This document shows, piece by piece, positions 28,643 through 39,506 of a stretch of 64,000 nt of DNA. Source of the DNA: Oceanispirochaeta sp. (GTDB taxonomy: Bacteria; Spirochaetota; Spirochaetia; DSM-2461). The notes below the pieces were generated by a model, which saw only the letters and a list, made by a program, of their open reading frames with translations, was not told where the DNA came from and searched no databases. The stretch spans positions 800,001 through 864,000 of the forward strand of contig CAXXXD010000003.1 of the NCBI GenBank assembly GCA_963663385.2, written 5' to 3'. The translations under genes and the position numbers were made by a program. Positions within the stretch are counted from its first letter, which is position 1. Each line of letters starts with the position of its first letter.

Positions 28643-30031
28643 ATGTCAGAAATGGAAGAAAAATGGGCTGGTGTACTGTCCGATAGTGCACGACTGAAAG
28701 CTTATAAAAAATATGTCAGCGACTGGGAAGAAAAAATCGGAAGCTTTCTGGAATTTGATACCGGCCGTGTTGTCGAAAACTCAGCCAAAGAAGGCCCTCT
28801 TGCTGGGATACCCTTTGGCGTAAAGGACAATATTGCCGTTAAAAACTATAAACTGACCTGCGGGTCCAAAATGCTGGAAAACTTTGTTTCTCCCTATACG
28901 GCCACAGCTGTCAGGAAACTGCAGGACGCCGGTGCGATTCCTGTTGCCAAGTGTAATCTGGATGAATTCGGTATGGGATCGTCCACAGATAATTCGGCGC
29001 TGGGAATTACAAGCAATCCCTGGGATACGGAAAGGGTAGCAGGCGGTTCTTCCGGAGGGAGCGCAGCGGCTGTAGCGGCAGGTCTTGTTCCCTTTGCTCT
29101 GGGATCCGATACGGGAGGATCCGTTCGTCAGCCCGCTTCCTTCTGCGGTGTTTACGGGTTGAAACCGACATACGGCGTTGTTTCCCGCTACGGTTTGACA
29201 GCTTATGCTTCCTCTCTGGAAGTTATCGGAGTGCTGGCCCGTACAACAGAAATGACGAAAAGGGTATTTGAGGCCATGAGGGGTAAAGATCCGATGGATC
29301 ATACCTCCCTGGATTATACTCCAAGCGGTAAAGAGGTTAAAACCGTCGGTATTCTGAAAGTTCCCGAAGGCGGTCTCAATCCGGAAGTCCAGACTTCCTA
29401 CGAGGCTTCCATAGAACGCATTAAAAAACTGGGATACGATACCATCGAAATTGACCTGCCGACCCTGGAATATGTCGTGCCGGCCTATTACACCATAGCC
29501 ACCGGTGAGGCAAGCGCCAACCTGGCCCGGTATAACGGGATCCGTTATGGTCATGCCCCTGTTTTTGCAGAAAACCCGGCGGATTTGATGAAGAAGTCCC
29601 GCCATGAAGGTTTCGGAGATGAAGTAAAACTGAGAATCCTGCTGGGAACCTATGTGCTCCGTTCCGGATTTCAGGATCAATACTATACAAAGGCCCAGAA
29701 AATCCGTACGGCTATCCGAAACGATGTGGAACGATGGTATGACAGGGCGGATGTTCTGATGATGCCTGTATTCCCCACACCCGCCTTTCATCATGGCGGA
29801 CAGGACATGGACGAGTTTCAGCAGAAACAGGCCGACCTTTACACCTGTACAGCCAATCTTGTGGGACACCCGGCTCTGGCGGTACCCTCTACAGTAGAAA
29901 AGGGACTCCCCGTGGGGGTTCAGTTTATGGCTCCTCCCTTTGAAGAGGATCGTTTGTTTCAGGTTTCCGCTGCGCTGGAAAAGGAGTTCCAGGCTCCCGA
30001 ACCCTCTGGTTATACCATGGAATGGAGTTGA
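28643..30031 (+). CDS. gatA: Asp/Glu-tRNA amidotransferase subunit A
   Basis: Amidase signature 'GGSSGGSAAAV', 'DTGGSVRQPA', 'VKDN'. Confidence 0.96.
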   Translation: MSEMEEKWAGVLSDSARLKAYKKYVSDWEEKIGSFLEFDTGRVVENSAKEGPLAGIPFGVKDNIAVKNYKLTCGSKMLENFVSPYTATAVRKLQDAGAIPVAKCNLDEFGMGSSTDNSALGITSNPWDTERVAGGSSGGSAAAVAAGLVPFALGSDTGGSVRQPASFCGVYGLKPTYGVVSRYGLTAYASSLEVIGVLARTTEMTKRVFEAMRGKDPMDHTSLDYTPSGKEVKTVGILKVPEGGLNPEVQTSYEASIERIKKLGYDTIEIDLPTLEYVVPAYYTIATGEASANLARYNGIRYGHAPVFAENPADLMKKSRHEGFGDEVKLRILLGTYVLRSGFQDQYYTKAQKIRTAIRNDVERWYDRADVLMMPVFPTPAFHHGGQDMDEFQQKQADLYTCTANLVGHPALAVPSTVEKGLPVGVQFMAPPFEEDRLFQVSAALEKEFQAPEPSGYTMEWS

Positions 30032-30034
30032 ATT

Positions 30035-31453
30035 GTGTACCAGTCATTTATAGGTCTTGAAATACATATACACCTGGATGCGGAAACCAAAGCGTTCTGC
30101 AGTTGTAAAGCCCACTACGGAGATGAGGAAAATACAAATATCTGTCCTGTCTGCATGGGATTTCCCGGAGTGTTGCCCACCCTCAATGAGAAGGCGATAC
30201 ATATGTCCTACATGGTGGCCAAAGCACTGAACTGCGAACTCAGTATGAATACGAAATTTGACCGGAAGAACTACTTCTATCCGGATATGCCGAAAAATTA
30301 CCAGATAAGTCAGTTCTCTGATCCTGTAGGCCGAAACGGTTATATCGATATAGAAGTTGGTGACTCTATCAAGAGAGTGCGTATCCATGACGTACATTTT
30401 GAGGAAGATGCGGGCAAGATGATCCATGCGGGGGATATGTCTCTTCTGGATTACAACAGAGCCGGTTATCCTCTGCTGGAAGTCGTTACCGAACCGGATC
30501 TGACCGTAGGCGCCGATGCGGAAGCATTTCTGAAAAGTTTCAGAAGAATGGTCCGTTACCTGGGTGTCTGTGATGGCAACATGGAAGAGGGTTCCATGAG
30601 ATGTGATGCCAATATCTCCATCAACCATCAGGGTGCCGGTCTCGGGAAAAAAGTGGAAATCAAGAACCTCAACTCTTCCCGGTTTGTACGGAAGGGACTG
30701 GACTATGAAATTGTCCGGCAGTCAGCCCTGATGGATGAAGGAAAAGAAATTATCCAGGAGACCCGTCTCTGGAACGAAAACCGTGATTCAACAGCCCCAA
30801 TGAGGCGGAAGGAAGCGGCCGATGACTACCGTTATTTCCCCGAACCGGATCTGCCTTCATTCAGGCCATCCGAAGAATTCCTGAAATCTGTTGACGATAG
30901 TCTCTGCGAACTGCCCTTTGCCCGGAAACAGCGCCTGATGAGCGGTCACGGGCTGACATCCGAGCAGGCGGAATATATTCATGAAGAGAAATATATGGCC
31001 GATTTTTTTGAACAGGCTGTTTTCCTCGGAGCCGAAGCGGTACAGGTTTACTCCTGGCTCTCTTCGGATGTTAAAAAACTGCTGAACAGAACAGGTCAGT
31101 CTCTGGAAGAGTCTCCTCTGTCCGCAGAGAGACTGTCCCGGTTGATTGCCCTGATTGATGAGGGGCAGATCAGCGGAAAAATTGCCAAGAATGTGCTGGA
31201 TCTGATTTTTGAAGAGGATAAGGATCCCGATGTTATCACAAAAGAGAAGGGCCTTATTCAGATCTCCGATAAAGCCTCTGTAGAGGCCATCGTTGTCAAG
31301 GTTCTGAACGATCATGAATCCGTTGTTGACGCCATAAAGGGCGGGGATATGAAACAGATGGGATTCCTGGTGGGACAGGTTATGAAGGCTTCAGGCGGAA
31401 AAGCCGCCCCCCAGGTTGTCCAAACTGTTTTAAAAGAGAAGGTTTTAGGGTAA
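30035..31453 (+). CDS. gatB: Asp/Glu-tRNA amidotransferase subunit B
   Basis: 'IGLEIH', 'RKNYFYPD', 'EEDAGK', 'DYRYFPEPDL'. Confidence 0.97.
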   Translation: MYQSFIGLEIHIHLDAETKAFCSCKAHYGDEENTNICPVCMGFPGVLPTLNEKAIHMSYMVAKALNCELSMNTKFDRKNYFYPDMPKNYQISQFSDPVGRNGYIDIEVGDSIKRVRIHDVHFEEDAGKMIHAGDMSLLDYNRAGYPLLEVVTEPDLTVGADAEAFLKSFRRMVRYLGVCDGNMEEGSMRCDANISINHQGAGLGKKVEIKNLNSSRFVRKGLDYEIVRQSALMDEGKEIIQETRLWNENRDSTAPMRRKEAADDYRYFPEPDLPSFRPSEEFLKSVDDSLCELPFARKQRLMSGHGLTSEQAEYIHEEKYMADFFEQAVFLGAEAVQVYSWLSSDVKKLLNRTGQSLEESPLSAERLSRLIALIDEGQISGKIAKNVLDLIFEEDKDPDVITKEKGLIQISDKASVEAIVVKVLNDHESVVDAIKGGDMKQMGFLVGQVMKASGGKAAPQVVQTVLKEKVLG

Positions 31454-31553
31454 CAAGTTAAGCCGGCAGTTTGAAACTGCCGGTACCAAAAAACCGCAGC
31501 CGGTAGTTTCAAATGGCAGAAATAATAAACCGGATTGCAGGAGGAGAGGGAAT

Positions 31554-32825
31554 ATGCGCGTTTTAGCGAAAGATATAAAGGATTATGCGGGTAAGGAAAT
31601 TACCATAAGCGGCTGGGTGCACCGGATCCGGGAACTGGGCGGTGTGAGTTTTATTATCATGCGGGACAGAACCGGAATGGTCCAGATTGTAACAAATGAT
31701 AATATTGAACTGACAGTAGAGTCTGTAGTTTCTGTTTCGGGTGTTATTCATGAGAATGAAAAGGCTCCCGGCGGATTTGAAATGCAGCTTGGTTCAATGG
31801 AGGTTCTGGCGGAGGCGGCTCCGGACCTTCCCTTTTCTGTCAATCAGGACCCTGAAAATACCGGGATTGATACAATACTGGATAACCGTATGCTGGCCCT
31901 GAGGAATCCCAAGATACTCTCCATATTCAGACTCCAGGCGGCTCTTGTGCAGTACTTCGCCGAGTTCCTGAGATCCAGGGATTTTATAGAAATTAAATCC
32001 AGCAAGCTGGTAAGCGGCGGTACGGAAGGGGGATCCAACCTTTTCCAGGTTGAGTATTTTGACGATAAGGTCTGCCTGGCACAGTCTCCCCAGCAGTATA
32101 AACAGACCATGGTATCCAGCGGTCTGGAAAGGGTCTTTGAAATCGGTCATGCCTACCGGGCGGAAAAGCATGATACGCCCCGTCATATCAATGAGTATGT
32201 GTCTCTGGATGTGGAAATGGGTTTTATCGAATCCGAGAAAGAACTGATGTCTCTGGAAGCACAGATGATGGAGTATATATTCCGCAGGGTTAGGGAGAAC
32301 AACCAGAAGGATCTGGATGCCTGGGGAGCTGTAACTCCTGATCCCGATAAATGCAGGAATATACCCGTGATCCCCCATGACAAGGCGAAAAAAATCGTAT
32401 CCGAACGACTGGGCCGGAGGGTTTTTGAAATTAATCCCGAAGCGGAACGGATTATCTGTGAATGGGCGGAAGAGGAGTATGGGATTCCCATGGTCTTCAT
32501 CAATGCCTTCCCCCGTAAAAAGCGTCCCTTTTATACCTATCCCGAAGGTTTGAAAACCATGAGTTTCGACCTGATTTTCCGGGGGCTGGAAATCACTACC
32601 GGCGGCCGCCGTATCAATGAATACAAGATGATGAAGGAAACCCTTCCCAAATTCGGTATGACCGAAGAGGAACTGGGGGATTATATGACCATATTCAAAT
32701 ACGGCTGTCCCCCTCATGGCGGATTTGCCATCGGGCTGGAACGTCTGACCCAGAAAATTCTGGGACTGCAGAATGTCAAGGAAGCTTCCCTGTTCCCCAG
32801 AGACAGAAAAAGGACGACTCCCTGA
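31554..32825 (+). CDS. aspS: Short (archaeal-type) aspartyl-tRNA synthetase, probably non-discriminating
   Basis: 423 aa with no GAD insertion; 'LAQSPQ.YKQ', 'RAEKH...RHINE', 'PPHGGFAIGLERL'; anticodon-domain His ('WVH') and Pro ('KAPGG'); in operon with gatCAB. Confidence 0.9.
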   Translation: MRVLAKDIKDYAGKEITISGWVHRIRELGGVSFIIMRDRTGMVQIVTNDNIELTVESVVSVSGVIHENEKAPGGFEMQLGSMEVLAEAAPDLPFSVNQDPENTGIDTILDNRMLALRNPKILSIFRLQAALVQYFAEFLRSRDFIEIKSSKLVSGGTEGGSNLFQVEYFDDKVCLAQSPQQYKQTMVSSGLERVFEIGHAYRAEKHDTPRHINEYVSLDVEMGFIESEKELMSLEAQMMEYIFRRVRENNQKDLDAWGAVTPDPDKCRNIPVIPHDKAKKIVSERLGRRVFEINPEAERIICEWAEEEYGIPMVFINAFPRKKRPFYTYPEGLKTMSFDLIFRGLEITTGGRRINEYKMMKETLPKFGMTEEELGDYMTIFKYGCPPHGGFAIGLERLTQKILGLQNVKEASLFPRDRKRTTP

Positions 32826-32913
32826 TTATTATAAGTCCCTCTCTCTCTGGGAGGGGCGTCATTGAAGTTCTTCTCTTTTTCGAGGAGACCGAGAAGGGCC
32901 TGGAGACAATGGT

Positions 32914-33408
32914 ATGATCAGAAATGTCACAACGAATGATGCCTCTCAAATCTGCCAAATCTATAACTACTATATTAAAGAAACAATCGTTACCTTCGAA
33001 GAAGAACCCATAGATTCTGATAAAATGGAAGGGCGGATCCGGGAGGTTACATCAGAGCATCCCTGGATTGTCTATGAAGAGGATGGCAGGATTCTCGGTT
33101 ATGCCTATGCGCATACCTGGCGAAACCGCAGTGCCTTTCGGTACTCCCTCGAATCAACTGTCTATCTCGATCAGGAAGTCACTGGACGGGGAATCGGTTC
33201 AAAACTGTATGCCCGGCTTCTGGAGATGCTGGAGGATCAGGGCATTCACAGGGTTATAGGGGTTATCTCCCTGCCCAACGAGGGCAGTGTGAAACTTCAC
33301 GAGAAATTCGGATTTAAAAAAGTGGCCCACTACAGTGAAGTCGGGTTGAAGTTTGGCCGATGGATCGATATCGGCTCCTGGCAGTTGAACCTTCATGCCC
33401 ATCGTTAG
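32914..33408 (+). CDS. GNAT N-acetyltransferase (phosphinothricin/methionine sulfoximine type)
   Basis: 'IYNYYI...TFEE', 'ESTVY', 'GRGIG', 'LPNEGSVKLHEKFGF', 'KFGRWID'. Confidence 0.88.
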   Translation: MIRNVTTNDASQICQIYNYYIKETIVTFEEEPIDSDKMEGRIREVTSEHPWIVYEEDGRILGYAYAHTWRNRSAFRYSLESTVYLDQEVTGRGIGSKLYARLLEMLEDQGIHRVIGVISLPNEGSVKLHEKFGFKKVAHYSEVGLKFGRWIDIGSWQLNLHAHR

Positions 33409-33462
33409 CACGAAAATTTCAGTGTTTCTATTTTTGAATATTTCTATTTTCGCAGTTTTCTA

Positions 33463-33491
33463 TTGATCAGAGTGGTATGCCCTATTATAAT
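33463..33491 (+). promoter_or_regulatory. Sigma-70 promoter of asnS, probably leaderless
   Basis: TTGATC-17 nt-TATAAT, 6 nt before ATG 33498. Confidence 0.7.
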
Positions 33492-33497
33492 GCCGCT

Positions 33498-34880
33498 ATG
33501 AAACAGGAAACAATCAAGCAAATTTTACAAAAAACAGAAAGCATCGGTGAAAAAATGACCGTTCAGGGCTGGGTCCGTACCAAGCGGGATACAAAAGAAA
33601 TTGCCTTCATAGCCCTTAATGACGGATCCTGTATGGGAAATATTCAGGTTATTGCCGATAAAGATAAAATAGATGAACAGACTCTCCATCGTCTGACAAC
33701 GGGAGCCAGCTGTGCTGTAACGGGAATTCTGGTGGAATCTCCCGCCAAGGGTCAGGCTGTTGAGCTGCAGGCTGCGTCTATAGAAGTTCTGGGTGACTGT
33801 CCGGGTGATTATCCCCTCCAGAAAAAGCGTCACTCCATGGAATTTCTCCGGGAAATCGGACATCTCAGGGCCAGAACCAATACCTTCGGGGCTGTAGCCC
33901 GGATCCGTCATGCCATGACCCAGGCTATTCACTCCTATTTTCAGGAGAATGACTTTTTCAATGTACATACCCCTATTATCACAGCAAGCGACTGTGAAGG
34001 CGCAGGAGAGATGTTTCAGGTAACAACCCTTCCTTTCGATACCTTTGACAGTTCTCAGGGGATAGATTACTCCAGGGACTTTTTCGGTAAACAGGCCTCT
34101 TTGACTGTAAGCGGACAGCTCTCGGCCGAGACCTATGCCACTGCCCTTGGACGGGTCTATACCTTCGGTCCCACCTTCCGGGCTGAGAATTCCAATACAT
34201 CCCGTCACCTGGCGGAGTTCTGGATGATTGAACCGGAGATGTCCTTCTGCGATATCAACGGGGATATGGACATGGCAGAGGAGTTCCTGAAATACGTTCT
34301 CAGCTATGTCCTTGAAAATTGTGATGAGGATATGCAGTTTTTTAACAGGTTTGTTCAGAAGGGCATTATAGATGATCTTAAAGCTGTAATTAACGCCGAT
34401 TTTACCCGGATCAGCTATACTAAAGCGATTGAGGATCTGGAACTTTCGGGAGAAACGTTTGAATTCCCCGTATCCTGGGGGATTGATCTGGCTTCGGAGC
34501 ATGAGAAATACCTAACCGAAAAGGTTTATAAGGGTCCTGTTATCATTACGGACTATCCCAAAGATATTAAAGCCTTCTATATGAAGCTTAATGAGGACGG
34601 GAAAACTGTCCGGGCCATGGACGTGCTGGTTCCCCGGCTTGGGGAAATTATCGGGGGCAGCGAGAGAGAAAACAACTACGATACCCTTGTAAGCCGGATT
34701 AAGGAGATGGGCCTGAATGAGGAAGACTACTGGTGGTATCTTGACCTGCGCAAGTTCGGCAGCGTTCCTCATGCGGGATTTGGACTGGGATTTGAAAGGC
34801 TAATACAGTATGTAACCGGCATGGGCAATATCCGGGATGTTATCCCCTATGCCCGGTCTGCCCGGAACTGTGAGTTCTAG
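33498..34880 (+). CDS. asnS: Asparagine--tRNA ligase
   Basis: 'LTVSGQL', '[21 protein letters not shown]', '[11 protein letters not shown]'. Confidence 0.96.
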   Translation: MKQETIKQILQKTESIGEKMTVQGWVRTKRDTKEIAFIALNDGSCMGNIQVIADKDKIDEQTLHRLTTGASCAVTGILVESPAKGQAVELQAASIEVLGDCPGDYPLQKKRHSMEFLREIGHLRARTNTFGAVARIRHAMTQAIHSYFQENDFFNVHTPIITASDCEGAGEMFQVTTLPFDTFDSSQGIDYSRDFFGKQASLTVSGQLSAETYATALGRVYTFGPTFRAENSNTSRHLAEFWMIEPEMSFCDINGDMDMAEEFLKYVLSYVLENCDEDMQFFNRFVQKGIIDDLKAVINADFTRISYTKAIEDLELSGETFEFPVSWGIDLASEHEKYLTEKVYKGPVIITDYPKDIKAFYMKLNEDGKTVRAMDVLVPRLGEIIGGSERENNYDTLVSRIKEMGLNEEDYWWYLDLRKFGSVPHAGFGLGFERLIQYVTGMGNIRDVIPYARSARNCEF

Positions 34881-34896
34881 GAGTCTTTGCACAGAA

Positions 34897-35967
34897 ATGG
34901 AACTGTTAAACTACAGTTATGATAATCTGATCGGATTTCTTACCGGTCGATATGGAAAAAGGGCATACCATGGGGATGCCCTTTTTCGTCATATATACGC
35001 CGAGGGGAATCTGAATCTGTCCTCTCCTTCTCCCTTTGAGAATAACAGAGTTTTCGCCGAACTGCTTGAACAGGAAGTGCCATTAAATCTGCCGGAAATC
35101 CGGAGAATTCAGCAGGAAGAGGGAACGAAAAAGTTTACCCTGGATCTGGACCGGTCGATCAACTGCGAAACGGTTTTAATCCCCATGAAAGGGTATTCAA
35201 CCCTCTGCCTGTCTTCTCAGCTGGGCTGTCGGTGGAACTGCCGTTTTTGTGAAACCGGTCGTCTGGGGTATATTCGAAACCTGACAGCAGCAGAGATTAT
35301 GGCCCAGATTCTGACAGCCCGTTTTGTTTTAAAGGCGGATAACCTCAGGAACCTTGTCTTTATGGGGATGGGAGAACCCCTGGAGAATATGGATGCCCTG
35401 ATGGAATCCATCAATATTGCCACAGATCCCCGTGGATTGAGTATTCACGCCAAACATATTTCGATTTCGACCGCCGGATATATTCCGGGAATCAGAACTC
35501 TGACAGACCTTTGCCGCCGGTATCCGGAAAGGCATTATGAAAAACTGTATTTGAGTCTCTCCCTGCATTCGGCAGATCCTGTAACCAGGAACACACTGAT
35601 GCCTATAAACAGGACCTATCCTCTGGATCAACTGAAAAAAAGTCTTCTGGATTCCCCTTATGCCCGGAGAAAGGATGGGCTGTATATAGAATATATTATT
35701 ATTCCCGGGATAACGGATACTCCTGCTCAAATCGATAATTTATTGGATTTTTTGGAAGGAATGGCAGTCAAAATCAATCTTATCCCTTATAATCCAGGTA
35801 AGGATCCTTCTTTCCGGAAACCCGAAGCGGAAGAGATCGACAGGTTGTGGAATACCCTGATAGAGAGGGGCATTTCCTGCAGGACAAGAGTCAGCCGGGG
35901 TGAAACCGTCATGGCTGCCTGCGGACAGCTGGGTAACAGGAGCAGTAAAGATGAACAATCAGGATAA
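34897..35967 (+). CDS. rlmN: RlmN/Cfr-family radical SAM RNA methyltransferase
   Basis: 'CLSSQLGCRWNCRFC', 'MGMGEP', 'ISTAG', 'AACGQL'. Confidence 0.85.
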   Translation: MELLNYSYDNLIGFLTGRYGKRAYHGDALFRHIYAEGNLNLSSPSPFENNRVFAELLEQEVPLNLPEIRRIQQEEGTKKFTLDLDRSINCETVLIPMKGYSTLCLSSQLGCRWNCRFCETGRLGYIRNLTAAEIMAQILTARFVLKADNLRNLVFMGMGEPLENMDALMESINIATDPRGLSIHAKHISISTAGYIPGIRTLTDLCRRYPERHYEKLYLSLSLHSADPVTRNTLMPINRTYPLDQLKKSLLDSPYARRKDGLYIEYIIIPGITDTPAQIDNLLDFLEGMAVKINLIPYNPGKDPSFRKPEAEEIDRLWNTLIERGISCRTRVSRGETVMAACGQLGNRSSKDEQSG

Positions 35968-36592
35968 TACGTTCAATAAGATGAAGCAGACATTCCCGCA
36001 GCATAGTGTGATTTTTTCGGAAGGGGAGCGGGGGCATACCATGTATGTTATCCTGGACGGGGAGATTGAGATCCGAAAGAGAACGGGGAAAAACTCCTAT
36101 AAAATTCTGGTAACCCTGAAGGGGGGAGACTTTTTTGGTGAAATGGCCATTATCGAGAATAAACCCCGGACGGCAACTGCTGTGGCCAAAGTGCCCAGTA
36201 CCCTGATTACTCTCGATACGGACGCCTTTTATACCATGGTGGAACGAAGTTCCGATTTTGCAGTTAAAATGATTAAGACCCTTTCCTCCCGCCTGCGGAA
36301 GGCTGATCATCTGATTGAGTATATCCTCGGTTCCAATGATGAAAAACAGGTTGTTTCAGGAATTGCGGCTTATGTAAAAGCCCATCCCGACTGTGATAAT
36401 GGAAGCGGCGAGTGTAAAATTACCCTGAGGGATTACCTCAGATGGTCATCCCGCAATCTGGGGCATCCCGATGAAATGGTACAGCAGACAATAAAAAGGC
36501 TGATTGTCAGGAAGATTGTCAAAATTTACGATCCTCCCGAAAGGATTACGGAATTCTATATGGAGAAGAAACTACTCCTGCGCCTGGCCTGA
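35951..36592 (+). CDS. Cyclic-nucleotide-binding (Crp/Fnr-like) protein
   Basis: 'IFSEGE...MYVILDG', 'FFGEMAII...PRTATA'. Confidence 0.85.
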   Translation: MNNQDNTFNKMKQTFPQHSVIFSEGERGHTMYVILDGEIEIRKRTGKNSYKILVTLKGGDFFGEMAIIENKPRTATAVAKVPSTLITLDTDAFYTMVERSSDFAVKMIKTLSSRLRKADHLIEYILGSNDEKQVVSGIAAYVKAHPDCDNGSGECKITLRDYLRWSSRNLGHPDEMVQQTIKRLIVRKIVKIYDPPERITEFYMEKKLLLRLA

Positions 36593-37510
36593 TCCGTTAA
36601 ATCGGGACTCTTCCAGAAACAGTAGCTGCTGATAGAGCATCCAGACACTTCTCATCTCATAACCGTTATCAGCTGCTTCCCTGATGGGCCGGTTGTACAT
36701 ATATTCCAGTTCCATGGTTCTGTTATTGTCAAAGTCCAGCTTCATGCTGGGCTCGTAGGGGATCATTTTATCGGTAAAAGCAAGCATTTTATCAGCTGCC
36801 TCATCTTCAATGGATACACCGCAGGCTCCTGCGCCGGCAATGACTTCCCGCATTAAGCGTTCTATTATATTGCGGGAAGAGGCTGTATCCATAATCCGCT
36901 TTGTATTCGCATCAAGAACTACCGATAGCCCGTTATAGGGAATATTCCAGAGGAGTTTCCGCCACCGGGCTTCGTGCAGGTCGTCTATCAGGGTAACCGG
37001 GACACCCGATTCCTCCATATCCAGCCCTACGGCATTACGGAGATCTGCATCTTTTTCATTCAGGCAGCCCAGAGTAATCAGTCCATAGTCCTGGTGATGG
37101 ATATGACCGGGTCCCGCTTTCCGCGAGCAGATAAAGCACATTCCCCCCAGAACAGGGTTTTCCGGAAACCAGCGTTTAAACTCATCCTCCATCCCCAGAC
37201 CGTTTTGAAGAACCAGTATGGCCGTATTATCCGTGAGGATCGGGCTGATCAGATTTCTCAGCATTTTATTGGATGTGGTTTTCAAAGCTATAAGCAATAC
37301 GTCCGCCGGAGGGAGCTCTTTTGCTTTTTCATATACACTTACATCTTTCAGATGAAAATTCCCGCGGGGAGAATCCACTCTTATACCATTGTCACGGATT
37401 TGCCTGTAGTCGCTTCTGGCCAGAAAATTCACGGTCCTTCCATTTTCCGCAAGGCGGCCGCCATAGTAACCTCCAACGGCTCCGGTTCCGATTACTGTAT
37501 AACTTTTCAT
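36572..37510 (-). CDS. panE: 2-dehydropantoate 2-reductase family protein
   Basis: 'GTGAVGGYYG', 'LQNG', 'WRKL.WN', 'PSMKLD', 'ELE'. Confidence 0.85.
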   Translation of the reverse strand: MKSYTVIGTGAVGGYYGGRLAENGRTVNFLARSDYRQIRDNGIRVDSPRGNFHLKDVSVYEKAKELPPADVLLIALKTTSNKMLRNLISPILTDNTAILVLQNGLGMEDEFKRWFPENPVLGGMCFICSRKAGPGHIHHQDYGLITLGCLNEKDADLRNAVGLDMEESGVPVTLIDDLHEARWRKLLWNIPYNGLSVVLDANTKRIMDTASSRNIIERLMREVIAGAGACGVSIEDEAADKMLAFTDKMIPYEPSMKLDFDNNRTMELEYMYNRPIREAADNGYEMRSVWMLYQQLLFLEESRFNGSGQAQE

Positions 37511-37573
37511 TTAAAAATCACTCCAAAATAGATTTCGGAACCGGTGTCATAACTCTTCCGGTCCCGCTTCTTG

Positions 37574-38452
37574 TCATTCCTCCAGCAGTTCGCAGATGGA
37601 CAGGTTTTCGGGTGTCATCAGCTGATAGAGGGATTTTTCCAGCAGGACACCTTCTCTTTGGGGTGTGTTATGACCGAAGGTGTTACGGATGGCATGGACT
37701 ACAAAGTGAACCGCCCTGTCCAGTGCGGCAGGAAGGCTGTCTCCCAGAAGCAGGCGTCCTGTAATAACGCTGGCAAACATATCTCCCGTACCGGGGTAGG
37801 CAGCGGGAATGTGGGCAGTTTCCACCTTCCAGAATCGATTGTTTTTCTTTTCATAGGCCATGACCGCACTGGTTTCACCCTTTCCCTTAAGGGGAACACT
37901 GGTAATTACCACCTTCTCCGGTCCTGCCGCAGACAATTCCTTTAATATCTGTATAGCTTCATGCTGACCCAATTCTTCCTTATACTCCCGATTCAGAAGA
38001 AAGGCTGCTTCCGTATAGTTCGGGGTGATCAGGTCGGCCTTTTTTACAAGCTCCTTCATTCCTTTAACCATGGAAGTAGTGATGGGACCGTACAGTTCTC
38101 CGTCGTCTCCCATAACCGGATCGACAGTAATCAGCTGATCCTCCCTGGAGAAGTGCCTGATCAGGTCCATTACCAGGTCTATCTGGTCGGCCGAACCGAG
38201 AAAACCGGAATAGATACTGTCAAACTGAAGGGGCAGGGTTTTCCAATGAGCAATTATTCCCTTCATTGTATCGGTAAGATCCTGAAAGACATAATTTTCA
38301 AAACCGCTGGTCTGGGTAGAAAGAACGGCTGTAGGCAGGGGACAGACATTTATTCCCATAGCTGATAGAACTGGCAGAACTACGGTCAGGGAAGACCGGC
38401 CGTATCCGGAAAGATCATGGACTGCTGCTACTCGGGGGATGGGATTTTTCAT
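37574..38452 (-). CDS. pdxK: Pyridoxal/pyridoxamine kinase
   Basis: 'DLSGYGRSSL', 'DPVMGD', 'TPN.TE', 'GTGD'. Confidence 0.88.
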   Translation of the reverse strand: MKNPIPRVAAVHDLSGYGRSSLTVVLPVLSAMGINVCPLPTAVLSTQTSGFENYVFQDLTDTMKGIIAHWKTLPLQFDSIYSGFLGSADQIDLVMDLIRHFSREDQLITVDPVMGDDGELYGPITTSMVKGMKELVKKADLITPNYTEAAFLLNREYKEELGQHEAIQILKELSAAGPEKVVITSVPLKGKGETSAVMAYEKKNNRFWKVETAHIPAAYPGTGDMFASVITGRLLLGDSLPAALDRAVHFVVHAIRNTFGHNTPQREGVLLEKSLYQLMTPENLSICELLEE

Positions 38453-38584
38453 AATTACTGGATTATATTATAATCCTCGGGGATTGAAAATACTCTTGAA
38501 AATATCTCTGATTTGTCGATTATAATGGTAATAAGTTCAATTTATATTTAAAATTTATTGGGGAATGGAAACCGGGAGGGTATT

Positions 38585-39460
38585 TTGACGCTCAGTCTTA
38601 CACAGGAAGAGAGACAGGCTGTAATGCTGTTGATGGGAGCGGATAGATCCTACGACGAGGACAGCCTGAAAAAAGCCTACCGCGGGAAGGTTAAAACATC
38701 TCATCCGGATTTGGCCATGAGCCTGGGAAAAGATCCTGTATTAATGAAACTGCAGTTTCAGGAGCTGAATGATGCGTTTCACCTCCTTCTTGAAAAAATA
38801 CGCCAGGATAACAATGATTACACTAAACATGTATACAGGAAATCCCGTCCCGGCGCCTATAAACCGACTTCTCAGAACACCCGGAAGCAGCATGCCCGTT
38901 CGGAGTATACCAGAAACAGGTATAGCGGTGCAGAGTATGCAGAAAAGAAGCGCAGCGGCAATTACCAGAAAAAGAAGGATCCCCGGACAAAAAAGACCCA
39001 TTCTCAATATACAAATTATTCAAGTCGTCCTAAAGCCAGGGCTGCATCTTCAGCGGAAGGACCAAAGTACTATAAAGGTCCCATGCCGGGCCGAATACTG
39101 CGGTTTGCTGAATATCTCTATTATGCGGGGGAAATCTCCTGGGAAGATCTGGTTCATGCCCTGGTGTGGCAGTACCGAAATCGTCCCAAATTGGGAGAAC
39201 TTGCCGAAGAAACAGGTGCTCTGGATCAGAATGATATACTCTACATTATTAAAAACAGACATTTTACCGAGATGTTTGGCGAGGCGGCCATCCGTTTAGG
39301 CAAACTGGACCGTAAATCAGTAGATAAACTTGTCCGTCAGCAGAAGCTGATGGGACTGCCTATCGGCCGCTTTTTTCTGGAAAATAAGATCTTTTCGGAA
39401 GAGCAGTTATGCCGGAAGCTGACCCGTTACCGCAGACATAATTTCTATCAGGGCAACTGA
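38585..39460 (+). CDS. J-domain protein with basic linker and conserved C-terminal domain
   Basis: 'LKKAYR...HPD...FQELNDAF'; TTG start after GGGAGG (start approximate). Confidence 0.8.
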   Translation: MTLSLTQEERQAVMLLMGADRSYDEDSLKKAYRGKVKTSHPDLAMSLGKDPVLMKLQFQELNDAFHLLLEKIRQDNNDYTKHVYRKSRPGAYKPTSQNTRKQHARSEYTRNRYSGAEYAEKKRSGNYQKKKDPRTKKTHSQYTNYSSRPKARAASSAEGPKYYKGPMPGRILRFAEYLYYAGEISWEDLVHALVWQYRNRPKLGELAEETGALDQNDILYIIKNRHFTEMFGEAAIRLGKLDRKSVDKLVRQQKLMGLPIGRFFLENKIFSEEQLCRKLTRYRRHNFYQGN

Positions 39461-39506
39461 AATAAAAAATGATGAATTCCCTGCAATCTGTTATACTGTA
39501 AACTGT

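Noticed and set aside
18766..34502. Long antisense ORFs (18766-19764, 23314-24624, 28781-29869, 31794-32717, 33525-34502)
   Set aside because: Shadows of well-supported genes on the opposite strand, with no motifs or RBS.
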